64,000 nt of DNA from the human T2T-CHM13v2.0 reference genome, Homo sapiens, in NCBI RefSeq assembly GCF_009914755.1, contig NC_060927.1; one strand, 5' to 3'. Numbering within the stretch: position 1 is the stretch's first letter; each line of letters opens with the position of its first letter. A model generated the notes under the pieces. It searched no databases. It had not been told where the DNA came from and saw only the letters and a program-made list of their open reading frames with translations. Positions 27,212 through 45,379 of the stretch are shown piece by piece. Both the position numbers and the translations under genes were made by a program.

Positions 27212-27862
27212 CTGTTACAATAGGGAGAGAAAAAGAGACACTAAAAAATCATATGATGAAAAATCAACAGATAAGTTTTTGGAGTGTTTGGAAGTATTTA
27301 TTATAAAATTCTAGATATGATATAAAATATTCAGGATATGAACAATGGCATAATATTAATATAAGGAACATTATATAAGCTAAGAAACAGAATACCAGTG
27401 CCTTAGAGGATCATTATTGTCCCAATTCCCAACTAGGTAACATTATCTTCAATTTGGCAGTTATGATTCCTTATGTTTCTTTATACTTCTACTACATACA
27501 TATGTATCTATGAATAATACATAGTATTGTTTTGCAAGTTTTGAAACATATACATGATATCATAGAGAATATATTATTTTGCAACTTATTTTTCTTTCAA
27601 CATTATATTTGTGAGATTCACCCACGTAAACATGTGCATTCAGTTTTCTGGATATATAGTATCCCATCTATGGGTATACAATAATTTATCCACTCTCCTG
27701 CCAATAAACATTTAGGTGATTTCTAACTTTTGCTATTATAAACAATGCTACAATGAACATGCAAATGTGTCCTTTATGCAGGTGAATGTTCCCTAGGTTA
27801 AAAGTGAAAACTGCTGAGTCTTAGGGCATGTACTTTTTTAAAAAAAAAAAACAGTCTTACTG

Positions 27863-28170
27863 GGCTGGGTGCAGTGGCTCACGCCTGTAATCCCAGCACT
27901 TTGGGAGGCCGAGGCAGGTGGATCACGAGGTCAGGAGATCAAGACCATCCTGGCTAACACAGTGAAACCCCGTCTCTACTAAAAATAAAAAATAAAAAAA
28001 AAAATTAGCCAGGCATGGTGGCAGGCGCCTGTTGTCCCAGCTAGTTGGGAGGCTGAGGCAGGAGAATGGCATGAACTCGGGAGGTGGAGCTTGCAGTGAG
28101 CTTAGACTGCATCACTGCACTCCAGCCTGGGCGACAGAGCGAGACTCCGTCTCAAAAAAAAAAAAAAAAA
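27863..28170 (+). mobile_element. AluY with TSD aaaacag(t/c)cttactg
   Basis: Y diagnostics accatcctggctaaca, gagaatggc, ggagcttgcag. Confidence 0.9.
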
Positions 28171-29168
28171 ACCAAACAACAACAAAACAGCCTTACTGAG
28201 GTATAACTGACATATGATACACTGCACATATCTGAAATATACAAGTTAATGAGTTTTAACATACATAATTAACCATAAAGCCATGATAAATAGGATAATC
28301 ACTTCCAAAACTTTCCATGTCCTTTTGTAATCCGAATCCTCCTAATCTAGGCAACTAAAACTCTGCTGTCACCATAGGTTACTTTACATTTGTAGAATTT
28401 TATGTAAATGAAATAATATAATGTGTATTCCTCGTTTGTCTGGCTTCTTCGAGCATAATTATTTTGAGAGTCACCTATGTTGTGTCTATCAGTAGTTGTT
28501 TCTTTTTTATAGCTGAGAAGTATTCCACTGCATATGTATCCAAGAATTTGTTTATCCATTCATCTGCTGATGGGGATTTAGATTATTTCTAGTTTTTGGT
28601 TATTACATACATATAAAGCTGCTATGAAGATTCATGAACAAGGCTTTATGTGGATTTAAGCCCTTATTTCTCTTGGGTAAATACCCACCTATGAATGGGA
28701 TGGCTGGGCCCTATGCTATGATGTATGTTTAACTTTTTAAGGACTTACCTACATCATGATAGCCCACCAATGGGGGGAGAAAAAAAGAACCCACTAAACT
28801 ACTTTCCAAAGTGGTTTTATCTTTTACATTACGACTGGCAATATAGGAGAGTTCTAGTTGCCCTATATCATTGTCAACACTTGGTATAATCACTCTTTTA
28901 AATTCAAGTCTTTCTAGTCTGTATGTGGTAATATCTTATTTGGTTTTAATTTGTATTTCCCTAACAACGAATGATGTTGAGCATCTTTTCATATGCTTAT
29001 TTGCCATCCATGTATCTTCTGGGGTAAAATATCTGTTCAGCTATTTTGATCATTTTAAAAATTGGGTTAAGTTGTAAAAAAACTTTTATATAGTCTAAAT
29101 AAAAGCATTTTGTTGGATTTATGTTTTGCTAATATTTGCCTTTTCATTTCTGTAATGGTGTCTTTTGA

Positions 29169-30355
<1,187 letters not shown>

Positions 30356-30824
30356 GGCAATTTTCTTTCAGACTCTCTATGTGTTATTTAAGATATCGTT
30401 ACCGAATTCTAGGTTATTAAGATTTTCTCCTAAAAGTTCTATAATTTTAGCTCTTACATTTATGTCTTCAATTCATTTTGAGCTAATTTCTATAGAAGAT
30501 GTAAGGTAAGGAGTTGTGGATTTTTTTTTTTTGCATATGGTGTCTAATTGTTCCAACACCATTTTTTTTCTTTTACACTAAACAAGTCCTCAATATATAC
30601 AGCACGATTTTTAAATTAAATTACATTTTTTTTCTTATTACTCACCACTATACTAACGGGGACAGCACCATTTGTTAAAGACATTATCCCTTCTTCATCA
30701 AATTATCCTGGCACATTGTTGTAAAATCAATTGACCATACAGGTTTGGGTCTATTTCGGGACTCTAATTATATTCCATTGATCTATATGTCATCTTCATA
30801 TTAATTCACACCGTTTTTCAGTGC

Positions 30825-30990
30825 AAATTTTACTCTAGTTTGTAAAGTTTACTCTAGCTTTGTAAAGTTTACTCTAGCTTTGTAAAGTTTACTCTAGCTT
30901 TGTAAAGTTTACTCTAGCTTTGTAAAGTTTACTCTAGCTTTGTAAAGTTTACTCTAGCTTTGTAAATTTTACTCTAGCTTTGTAAAGTTT
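30825..30990. repeat. 20-bp minisatellite (tttactctagctttgtaaag) x ~8
   Basis: Near-perfect tandem copies read directly. Confidence 0.97.
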
Positions 30991-31905
30991 TGAAATCAGG
31001 TAGGGTAAATTCTCCAACTTTGTCCTTCTTTTTCAATTTTTTCTGGTTAGTCTAGAGCCTTTGCTTTTTAAATAAATTTTACAACCAGCTTATCAATTTC
31101 TACAAAACAGGCTGCTGGGATCTTGATTGGGATTTCTTTGACTGTATAAATCAAAGCAACTGATTTCACTGACATTTTAACAATAGTGAGTCTTCCAAAA
31201 AAGTAAACAAAAAAATTAGGGAAGAAAATTCTTTTAGTTATGTGGGCAGGAAGATTCAAAGAGGATCTACAAATGGAAAATGTACAGAACCACTGTTCAA
31301 ATTTAGGTAGGAATCAGGGGAAGGAGTTCAAATCCCAGCTCTGCCACTTATCTATGTAAACACAGGAAGATTACTTAACTTATCAGGTGAGGAAATAACA
31401 CCCACCCCTTGGGTGATAGTGAGGGTTAAATGCAAAATATGTTAGTGCCTGGCACATTGCTGGCACTAATTAAGCAGTTCTCTTCAGCTAGTGGCCCGTC
31501 TGTTCTTCCTACTTTTGGGATAGTGAGACCAAGAGGTTCGGTGCCTGGGATATATATAGAGGAATGGTGCTGCCAGCACACTGACTCCTGGGTGCATGAT
31601 GCTGCTTCATGCTGGCACTAACTTTTTTTGAATCTATGCTATAAAGCTGGTTATTCCAGGAATATCTTTGGGGGCACATTCAGATATTTAGCTGCTGCTT
31701 CCTTATTTTCCCCCTTCTCTGATTTTTTTTTTCACCATCTTAGCCACTTTTAAGCGTATGGTACAGTAATGTGAACTGTATGCACACTGTTGTGCAACAG
31801 ATTGATAGGTCTATTTTATATATGTAATTTAGTTGTATTCATAAAGTCCAAATTAATATACACATTTAATTTTCAAGTCTTTTAACTGTAACTAACGTAA
31901 TATAT

Positions 31906-31971
31906 ATTTAATCTCAGAAACTAAGTGATTACAATGAAATTTAATCTCAGAAAATAAGTGATTACAATGAA
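31906..31971. repeat. 33-bp tandem duplication
   Basis: atttaatctcagaaa(c/a)taagtgattacaatgaa x2. Confidence 0.9.
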
Positions 31972-32327
31972 AATAAAGCTCTGAGCAATGAAACTCAGGA
32001 GAAGCAATGAAAATTATCAGTTTCATGAAAACATATGTATGCTCACCAAGATCTTGCATAATTTTAATGTGATATAAAACTACTAAATTCTCAGCAGCCC
32101 CTTCTCAGTTTCTCCTTTTAATCTCTTTCCAGATTATACAATAAAAAACAGAAGAGATTTTTTTTTCTCTGAAAAGTATAACCTAAAAAAAATTTAACTA
32201 AAACATAAAAAGATTGTTTGTTCCTGATTTATAGTCACTTTCTGGTTAGATATAAAAAACAGACAAGCCTGTTTATTACTTTACAATATAAATTACGTTG
32301 AAGACATTTCAAGTATTAGGATATTAC

Positions 32328-32460
32328 CTCCTTTTATTCCTATGATGGTGCCTCGAAGGCCAACTGGAACTGAGAAGTTTTCTCTCACATTTACAACACG
32401 GTCAAAAAGACAAAATTCTGCATCCCGATCAGGAATGACTCCATGTTGCTGTTCTAAAGG
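32328..32460 (-). CDS. XRN1: XRN1 coding exon (133 nt; PLEQQHG...FDRVVNVRENFSVPVGLRGTIIGIKG), SH3-like domain region
   Basis: Acceptor CTTCAG|CCT, donor GAG|GTAATA; phase 0-1; conserved Xrn1 motif DRVV...VP.G..GTI.GI. Confidence 0.95.
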
Positions 32461-32590
32461 CTGAAGAGAAGAAAGCTATTAATTATAATAAACAAAAAAA
32501 TTTTCATACTAATATACTGAAAACATCTTTGCTCCTTCCATGCATTCAAAGTGAAAGCAACAACTCTGAATTCTTTGATAGGAAACTTAC

Positions 32591-32647
32591 TCTGTATAGC
32601 AAATGGGGTTTCACTGTTACTCGCACCTTCTTATTATTCTTTCTTTG
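32591..32647 (-). CDS. XRN1: XRN1 coding exon (57 nt; QRKNNKKVRVTVKPHLLYR)
   Basis: Acceptor CCTCAG|CAA, donor AGA|GTAAGT; phase 0-0; followed by a 130-nt intron. Confidence 0.94.
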
Positions 32648-34192
32648 CTGAGGAAAAAGAAAAATTGTTAAATATTTTTAAAATATAAAATTATAAAATC
32701 ACTACCTACTCACTACTTCCACATGTCTGAATTTTAAAAAGCCAAATGAAGAGATTAATTTTTAAAATATTTAAAGTTCTGCAGCTGCAGCAAGAAGAAA
32801 TAAACACATATAAAATGCCTATAGCCTAAATCATTATTTAAAAATTTTTTAAAGTAAAATTTTTTGCTGAAGTATAAGACAGCATGGGGAGGAAAATGCA
32901 AAATTATAAGTATATAGGCCAATGAACTTTTATAGTGTATCTATGTATAACTATACCTGGTTCAAGAAACAACATTGCTAAGCACAACACAAGAAATCCT
33001 TTCCATCTCCTCCCAGTTACTACCCTTTCCAGAAGTAACCTTACTTCTAACACAAAAGATTACATTTGTCTGTTTTGGCCTTTATATAAATGCTATCCTA
33101 TTCAAATGTCTTTTTTATAACTATGAAAAGAATTACATACAATGGCCAACAAAGATGTATATATTTTTAAAAAGTATCAAGTACTGACCTATGACAATAC
33201 CATGAATTTTGTGGCCACTTATAAAAATTATGGTGGCATTCATTTGACAAAACCCTTTGCTTTGAATTTATTGTAAAATGCGATATTAGAATCTTTTCAT
33301 TATCTAAAAAATGCTGGAAGAAGACTTTTCTCCTATCTTTGATACTTGCTAGTTCTGTGAACTCACACTTAACTACTTTAGGCATCAGCCTCCTTCCATC
33401 TGTAAGATGGACATATTATCTGTTCTATCTAATAAAAAAGTGAGAAAAATTTATATCCTTTACAATTTATAAACTACTATTCATACTAAAAAAATTTAAA
33501 GTTAATTCTTATCGAATTTTAAAAATTACAGCAGTTTAATTATATGGCAGTCACCTCTCTTTAGAACATAGCTTATGGGAATATGTACAAAAGGACACAG
33601 AACAGATCCAGGCTATAGAATCCATAAACTATAGGGTTCATGTATTTACATACTATAAAATGCTCAAGCCTTTAAACAGTGTCTATTTTCTTTTGTTATG
33701 AGGCATTTCATTTATTCTTTCAATGAATATTTACTGAGATCCATTTGTATGCTGTATATTGATTAATCTAGGTGCTGGGGATAAAGCAGTGAACTGTTCT
33801 CTTACTCTAGTTGAGGGAGATATACAAGAAACAAAATAAGGAAGATATATAGCATGCTAGCAGGTAAAAAGCCTAGAGAAAAATGAAGCAGTTAAGGAGG
33901 ACAGCAGTAGGGGGAGACATTACAATTTTAATAGAGTGAACAGTGAAGGCCTTAATGACAAAGTATCTATGCCCACAGCCGACTAGATGCACTAAAAGAC
34001 TACAACAGCAAAAGGAAAGACTATGAAGAGATTTAAGGGAACTTTAAAAAGCAGGCACAGTGGGGTATTGCACATCAAAAAACAACCCATATGCTCTAAG
34101 ACATTAACAGGCATTATTACACTATAGCATTGATTAGAGGACATGGATCAAAACTGATTCATCAGGCAAATGAATAAGCTGGGTAATGTTCA

Positions 34193-34696
<504 letters not shown>

Positions 34697-34782
34697 TAGA
34701 GGAAGAACCCAGAATTTTATTCTAATTTTAACAATGAGGAAATAGAGGTATGGAAGGAAAGTTCTACCAGTAATTTTGATAA

Positions 34783-37434
<2,652 letters not shown>

Positions 37435-37764
37435 TCAATATTGGAAACACTACAAGGGCATAAAATTTAAATACTATGGCTTTTGTATATTGAAAATATA
37501 ATTTTATAAGTTTATAATTAGTTATGATGGCTAATGTAGCCATTAACATATTAGTGCTATACAATATAAATTTGGCATAACACTATTGGCTACTAAAAGC
37601 TACTATAAATGGTTAGAACTTTTTTAAATTACAGGATTATTTGATACTAATTAGAATCACTAAGTATATGTTTTATTTGGTTGAAACACAAATGAATTAT
37701 TTGTAAAGTATAGTCCATTTAATTCCAAATCTCATCAATAATCTTGGTTACTGAAAGTTAGTAC

Positions 37765-37900
37765 CTTGCACTTTTCGACTTCTTCCTCAATTTTCTCAAC
37801 AATAGCTGCATCCAGAATTTGTAAATCACAAGAAGAACGAGATAAAGTACTGACAGGATGTCCTTTTAGCCAAGTAATAATTTCTTGAACTTTTTCAGCA
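37765..37900 (-). CDS. XRN1: XRN1 coding exon (136 nt; AEKVQEIITWLKG...EEEVEKCK)
   Basis: Acceptor CTTTAG|T, donor AAG|GTACTA; phase 2-0. Confidence 0.94.
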
Positions 37901-38152
37901 CTAAAGCAAAAACAATAATTTTTAAAATTTGATTAAAACTTTCTCAGGGCTATAAATTATAAAAGACATAAAACTTATATAACTAATAATTAGTCACTGA
38001 ACTTAATCGGGACTAATTCTAAATCTAATATAAATATGGACATGTTACCTCTTAGTAATTAAAAGACACACAAAAAGATTAGTTTAAAAGTATTTGTTGA
38101 TATAAATGAAAGAAAATTTGTTAAGCTCTTAAAGCAAAAATGAAACAATGCA

Positions 38153-38184
<32 letters not shown>

Positions 38185-38214
38185 GAAGTAACAAGACACG
38201 CCTGTAATCCCAGC

Positions 38215-38427
38215 ACTTTGGGAGGCCAAGGAGCATGGCCTGAGCCTAGGAGTCAAAAAAAAAAATTAGTCAAATGTGGAGGCGTACGCCTAATAGGCCC
38301 AGCTACTCAGGAGGCTGAGGTAGGAGGATTGTTTGAGTCCAGGGAACCAAGGCTAAAGTGAGCCACATTTGAGCCACTGCATTCGGGCAAGAGAGTAAGA
38401 ACCTGTCTCAAAAAAAAAAAAAAAAAA
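38215..38427 (+). mobile_element. Internally deleted Alu in the 618-nt intron between two XRN1 exons
   Basis: Alu motifs with shortened left arm; flanked by aaaaagaagtaa/aaaaaaagtaa. Confidence 0.75.
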
Positions 38428-38518
38428 GTAATATGAAATTCTTGAGAAACCAGCTGCAGTTGTCATTGAAAACACTGAATTGAACTATGAGGTAATAAAT
38501 ATCATAAATCTTGCTTAC

Positions 38519-38608
38519 CCATTCTCATTTTCTCCAGGCCAAATGTCATCTTCATAGAACACATCCTCTTGGCTATTTTTGGCTATATAACTAAATAGTT
38601 CTGGAGCT
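38519..38608 (-). CDS. XRN1: XRN1 coding exon (90 nt; APELFSYIAKNSQEDVFYEDDIWPGENEN)
   Basis: Acceptor GACCAG|A, donor TGG|GTAAGC; phase 2-2. Confidence 0.94.
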
Positions 38609-40382
38609 CTGGTCAAACAAACAAAAATATTGTCTTAAAATATATATGGTTAATTTCGGATAAACTTCCTACATAATAATTTCAGATCCTAAAGAAACAT
38701 ATAAAGCTTATTGAGGACTACTATAATATTAATAAGGGATATTATTAAAAGTGATAGAAAGTGTAAGACTGGTAAGTCAGAGTACTCCTAGACCCTCAAA
38801 AAACTCCCACTGGCTAAGGTTCAAGTCATAAACTTATAATAAACTTCAATTACTGACTCTACTCTCTTTCATTAAAATGACAGCTGATAGACAAAAATGG
38901 TATCTATAGGTTAGTTTTCTAATTTTCACAACAAAACTAGAGCACTCCACAATACAACAAATTAAAATAGATTAAAAGCATCTTCTGATAATTTTCAAAA
39001 CTCCATTTCTTTCTGAAGAGTGCAGGACTTTTCGATACATATAGCAAACTGAACGTATATGCTTATCTTCCATCCCTCTCCAATCCATTAAAATGACAAT
39101 ATAGTATAAAAAAGAGCACAGACCTAGAGAGACAGATGAAAAATGAAGCACGGTATCTGGTGGCATATATAACCTGTTAAAATTTTAGAAACTGGAAACT
39201 GGATGAATGAATATTATCTGATTTGACAGACAGGAATAAGTTGAATCTTGAACTACCAGTGGGGGAAGTCAATAAGAAGCAAGTTGATTTAAAACACAGA
39301 ACACTCTGAAAAAGCTCAGGAATTATAGGTTCCAGGTACATTTGAAAGTGTGGGGTGAGGTTTAGTAAGATTTAAAGTTTGTATAACAAGCAGTTATACT
39401 GTCATGTGGTTGCCTGCCTACCACCCCAGCATATGACCTGTAGCGTATATTTTAGAGAGGTCAAATAGATACTCTAGCCTTGTGTATACCAGTCACGGAC
39501 TTAGGGGTGAGGAAGGCATAAGGAGGAGAGGACAGGTGTTATACTGAAAACAGTGAATTAATGAAAGCATAAATACTATACAATGTGTCACTAGGAAGCA
39601 TAAGGTCTCTAGAAATGGACTCTGGGATGGAGATAAGCATGCAGGTAGGGAGTGCTTGTTTGATCAACACCCGTGGAAGGGAAGGGAGAGGAAGAAAGCA
39701 GAATTGGGCACAGGAAGAGGATGGGCTGTGACCAATTCTCAATGAATTCCTTGAACAGCCCCACAAAGATCTCAAACTGGGATGGCCCTTCAGACTTGCC
39801 ATGAATTGGGACAATCAGAATGTCTGGGTTTCTATACCTCCTTATAGATTGGGCATTGATTTGCGGCTGTTGTGGGAAGGGAAAGTAACCTTAGTTGAGG
39901 CAGTTCTCCTCATCCAGGCAATTACTAAAGAGGGCTCACAGCTGAGGGCTGCCGGAAAGCAGCATTCCTGCTGCAAGGGGATAGGTCTTTCAGTCTTGAA
40001 AAGTGGTCTGGGAGGTGTATCACAGTATCCACTTGGTAATGAAACCTTCTTTCCCTGGTTAACTTCCAGAATACTGGCAATCAGTTTAATCCACTACATT
40101 CATATCCACTGTCAAGGAAAAGGGTGGAGGCCACCTCTCCGGGAAAGAAAAGATAAACATGCAGGTAGTGATACTAGGAGGTCCTCTGTAGAAACAGGAA
40201 AGTCCCTCCTGATCCACCTGATAAACCCCACCTAAGTACACTAAATTTCCAATCAGCTATTTAGTGCCTCATTCTTAAATATAATTGGATATCAAAGATC
40301 ATCAGACAAGAACAACAACAACAAAACTTTAACACTGCAAGAGAGACTAAATCAAACAGGAGGAAAAAAAGCAATTAGAGAA

Positions 40383-41472
<1,090 letters not shown>

Positions 41473-42051
41473 GAATCCTATATGGCAGACTGGTGAAGAA
41501 AACTGAATTCCTAGGATGACAGTACCAGGAAACTGAATAATGAGAGCTGCACAACAGCCCTAGAGAGCAATCAGTTCAAACTGAAGCAGGAAGACACAGG
41601 TTTTAAAAGAAGTCTCCAAGAGAAAAATGGAACTGAGCAATCACCTGATCTGTCTGACCATAGTGTAAACAGCTATGACACAGAATTTGTTATGTGAACA
41701 CAGATAAGAAGCAAATGAAAAAAACAGCAAACAAAAATGTGTACAAGAAATAAAATGTAATCTTAATACTCCATAAGGTCCAACTGTGAACATTTACTTC
41801 ATCATAAGGAAGTAAACCTTTAATACAGATTTAATAAAAAATCTTCATAAAAGTTTAGTGAGAGGGGAAATATGTGTCTGAGGGAATCCAGAGTGGTGGA
41901 AGTCAAAGAAAGCTGAAGCTCAGGATAGGAAAGCCACTCACAGCAGAAAATCCATAAATATGTCAAGTTGAAAAATTAAGAAAAAGTAGTTTAAACATGA
42001 CCTTTTAAAGAAATAAGAAAGTGAACAGAAGAAACAATCTAAATTTCCAGA

Positions 42052-42498
42052 TGGTAATATGGGATTGAATTGTGTCCTGCCCCACTCAGAAGTTATCGAA
42101 TGTGACTTTATTTGGAAATAGGGTTTTTAGTAGAGGCAGTCAAACAAAATGTGGTCATTAGCATGGACTCTGATCTGACTGGTGTTCTTACAAAAAGGGG
42201 AAATTAGGACACAGAGACAGACATACAGAGATGAAAGATGATGTGAGACACCCAGCGAGAACATCACATAAACACGGAGGATTGCAGGGATGCATTTACA
42301 AGCCAAAGAACATATAAGGCTATGAGAAGACAGAACAGAGATGCTTCCCTAGTGCCTTCAGAGGGACCATCATTGTCCTGCAATATCTCGATTTTGGACT
42401 TCTGGTCACCAGAACTGGTTGAGACAATAAATTTCTGTTGTTTAAGCCACCCAGTTCGTGGTACTTTGTTACAGGAGCTAGCCTAGGAAACTAATAAA
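42052..42498 (+). mobile_element. MaLR solo LTR (MLT1B/C-like)
   Basis: ttgaattgtgtcc, gaatgtgactttatttggaaatagggt, aataaatttctgttgtttaagccacccagt, ctaggaaactaata. Confidence 0.8.
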
Positions 42499-43077
42499 GA
42501 GATCTTCAAATATAAGGTTAGAAACCAGTGGAATAATGGAAAGAACATTAAATTATGAATCAGATGTAAATATACTTCCTGTAAATCTTTGTCACTAGTA
42601 ACTCAGTGAATCTTGGTACTTGGCTTTCTCACTTTTGGTATGAGTTGACTTGCTGATTTCCTAGATAATTTCAGCAATAAAATTCAATAATTCTAAGATA
42701 GTAACCTGTATAGCTACATAGTTCTAAGAATCAGAAAAAATCCACTATGCTAAGAGCTTTGTTTATCCATATCAGTTCTCTCAGTGCTGACATAGGTATG
42801 CAAGGTAGTGAACAATGTATGATAGTAAGTTAAGAAAAATTTTAACTAAAGAGGGCAATTTTCATTATATATTTTCTTTTTAATAATATGGTATTTTTCT
42901 ACTCAATTTTAGCTAGTGCCTATGATATTCCATGATGCAAAATTAAGTTTACATGTAACATATGCCAGATTTTACTAATGGAAATATTTGTCCTCTAAAA
43001 CTAATATCAGGAAGGCAAAATAAACAGTATTTTCCTAAGATTTTGGAATGACTACTAGTATCTTATTATGTACTTAC

Positions 43078-43224
43078 CTCTCTAAGTACTCTGCCAGAAG
43101 TTGTTCTGCTGCAGATGAATACATCCATTCACTTCCAACTTTCTTAGTATATCCAGGTACCTCCTCATTTTTCTTGTTGAATTTGAGATTTAAACCCACA
43201 TTTGCTTTATGGTCTCCATGAGGG
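43078..43224 (-). CDS. XRN1: XRN1 coding exon (147 nt; PHGDHKANVGLNLKFNKKNEEVPGYT...LAEYLE)
   Basis: Acceptor ATTCAG|C, donor GAG|GTAAGT; phase 2-2; conserved NVGLNLKF....EVPGYT motif; ORF 43074..43283. Confidence 0.96.
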
Positions 43225-43237
43225 CTGAATTTAAACC

Positions 43238-43253
43238 ACACATGCGCACACGT

Positions 43254-43287
<34 letters not shown>
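43238..43287. repeat. (CA)n/(TG)n microsatellite immediately upstream of an XRN1 acceptor
   Basis: About 16 perfect CA units plus an interrupted extension ending ~13 nt from the exon. Confidence 0.93.
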
Positions 43288-43290
<3 letters not shown>

Positions 43291-43764
43291 TTTTAAAATG
43301 TCGTTCAAGGAACAAAAAGTTTTGCTTTCAATTCTTAGAAAAGCTCAGTTTTGATTATTCTTCTATATTTTAGTTATTATGGTTATTTCCAAAGTAGCAG
43401 TAATTGAAAAACTAGAAGAAAAGCTTCAAAACCCAAGTTAACAAAGCATGTAAATAAATTATGTAATTATAGAGGAAAATGAAATAACAAGATGCAAGGA
43501 AATATACTACTGAGGTTCACACACACCCTCTGATACCTTTTTTCAAGGTTCAATTTATTAGCTGCTAAAAAATAAGAACTGTCTTTTCCAACCACCTAAA
43601 ACATGTGCCATTCAGATGAAAGATTACCATCAGAGAAATTTATGCACAATTTTAAGACAATCCAGAGCAATTAATAAGAAAATAAATACTGAAATATTAA
43701 GCATTTAATCTTTATCATTTAATTTTTCTGCCACTTTAAGTAAATTTCTCTAACATAAACTTAC

Positions 43765-43880
43765 TTTCTCCTAGATCCTCTTCCAATAAAAATACTTCCT
43801 GTAAACCTTGAAACAAGGTATCCACTCACTCCAAGGCGACTGGCCAACACATATCCTGGGTTGTACTTTATAGAATATTT
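43765..43880 (-). CDS. XRN1: XRN1 coding exon (116 nt; KYSIKYNPGYVLASRLG...IGRGSRR)
   Basis: Acceptor TTAAAG|AAA, donor GAAA|GTAAGT; phase 0-2. Confidence 0.94.
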
Positions 43881-45379
43881 CTTTAAATATAAAAACAAAA
43901 AGGTCAATTATGGAAACACAAGTTTACATTAAATGTTATTTCTTTACCTTTAAAATCTGGAGATAATCAAGACATCACTAACCATTGGATTGTGGCAATA
44001 TAAGGATTTTCACTTAGATCCATTTCCCCTTTTTTTTGAAAGGATCTGTAGGCAGAATTTTTCTGCTCCTCTCTCTTTCTCCTTAAAGGACAGAATTCCC
44101 AAGGATGGATAAAAGGGGGGAGGAAATATACAGTTTGTGAAACTGTCTTAAGAAATAAACTCTACTGTAAGTACTAAATGGCAAACTCCACAGGCAAGTT
44201 TTTTGTTTGTTTTTGTTTTCGTTTCTACTAATTTTCATATTCCAAGCAGGGCCTAGCAAAGTACTTGGGACAAAATGAGGCCTCAGTAATTATTACATTG
44301 AATTAAAAAATAGGTACATCATCAAAATCGTTGCTACTGAGAAAAACTAAAAGTGTCCTTCATATATGGATATAAGTAATATTCTTTTCCCCTAATATTT
44401 ACTATCATATGAAAACATACAAGCATGTATAGACCCATAATTAATACAGTCAATGAAATGTAACCTTAATTTATATACTTAAGGGAAGAAAACATATTGT
44501 CACATTAAAAAAAAAAAAAGAAGTAACAGATCATATAATATTTAACCAGGAAGCAAATGATTCATGAATCCAATACTAACTAGGATAAACTACCATATAC
44601 TCTTAACATCATGTACATAACAATAAAACATACTTAAGAACATAATCAGATTTAGCAATAATGTAATACAAATCAAGTATGCTTTCCAGAACAGTTCAAA
44701 GAATTAAGGTAGTAGGTCTCAAATATAAGTAGCAACACTTTTCTAACAAGCATTTGGAAACGTGTAGAGGCACATTTAATTACAATAACTGGCATGGGCT
44801 ACTAGCACTTAATGCCCTTGAGCCAAAGATGCCAACTGTCCTGCCATATACAAAACAGTTTTATTTAATACATAACTGTCCTGCCCAAATTGCCAACAGT
44901 ACTCCTTTTGAGAAATAATGGGTTTTGCTATAATTTAAGATTCATTAAAACCATCACAAACATCCTAGAAAATATAAAATAAGTAGCTGAGAATGTTGTG
45001 GTAAAAAAAGAAGTCAGCTTGAGTGAAAGTTAAACGTATGTAAAGAGAAAGAAACAACACTGTACACTATCATACAACAGGACAGGCTCTTCTAGATCTA
45101 GAAAAAGCCAGGGATGAAGGAACACAAGTTATTTAACCTTCACTGATTCCCAGTACAAAGCTCCAGCTACTTTATCTAAAGAGCCACTCTCCTGGTTTCA
45201 TGACTGCTGTCTAAATTTGTTCTTCAAATGGCACCAGATGGTAAGATTTTAGGGATGACTGCCTTCCATACATAAAGTTTCCTCATGGGTGTGCTGATAC
45301 ATAATGCCTTAAATTCATTTCACAGGATATAAAGCTTTATATTTTACTATTAGTGGAAAAAAAAAGGCTAAGTAGCAAT

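Noticed and set aside
30825-30990. Regular repeat resembling a CRISPR array
   Set aside because: No spacers; a pure tandem minisatellite in eukaryotic DNA.
39801-40235. 144-aa plus-strand ORF
   Set aside because: It overlaps decayed LTR/L1-like sequence and has no recognisable domain or splice context.
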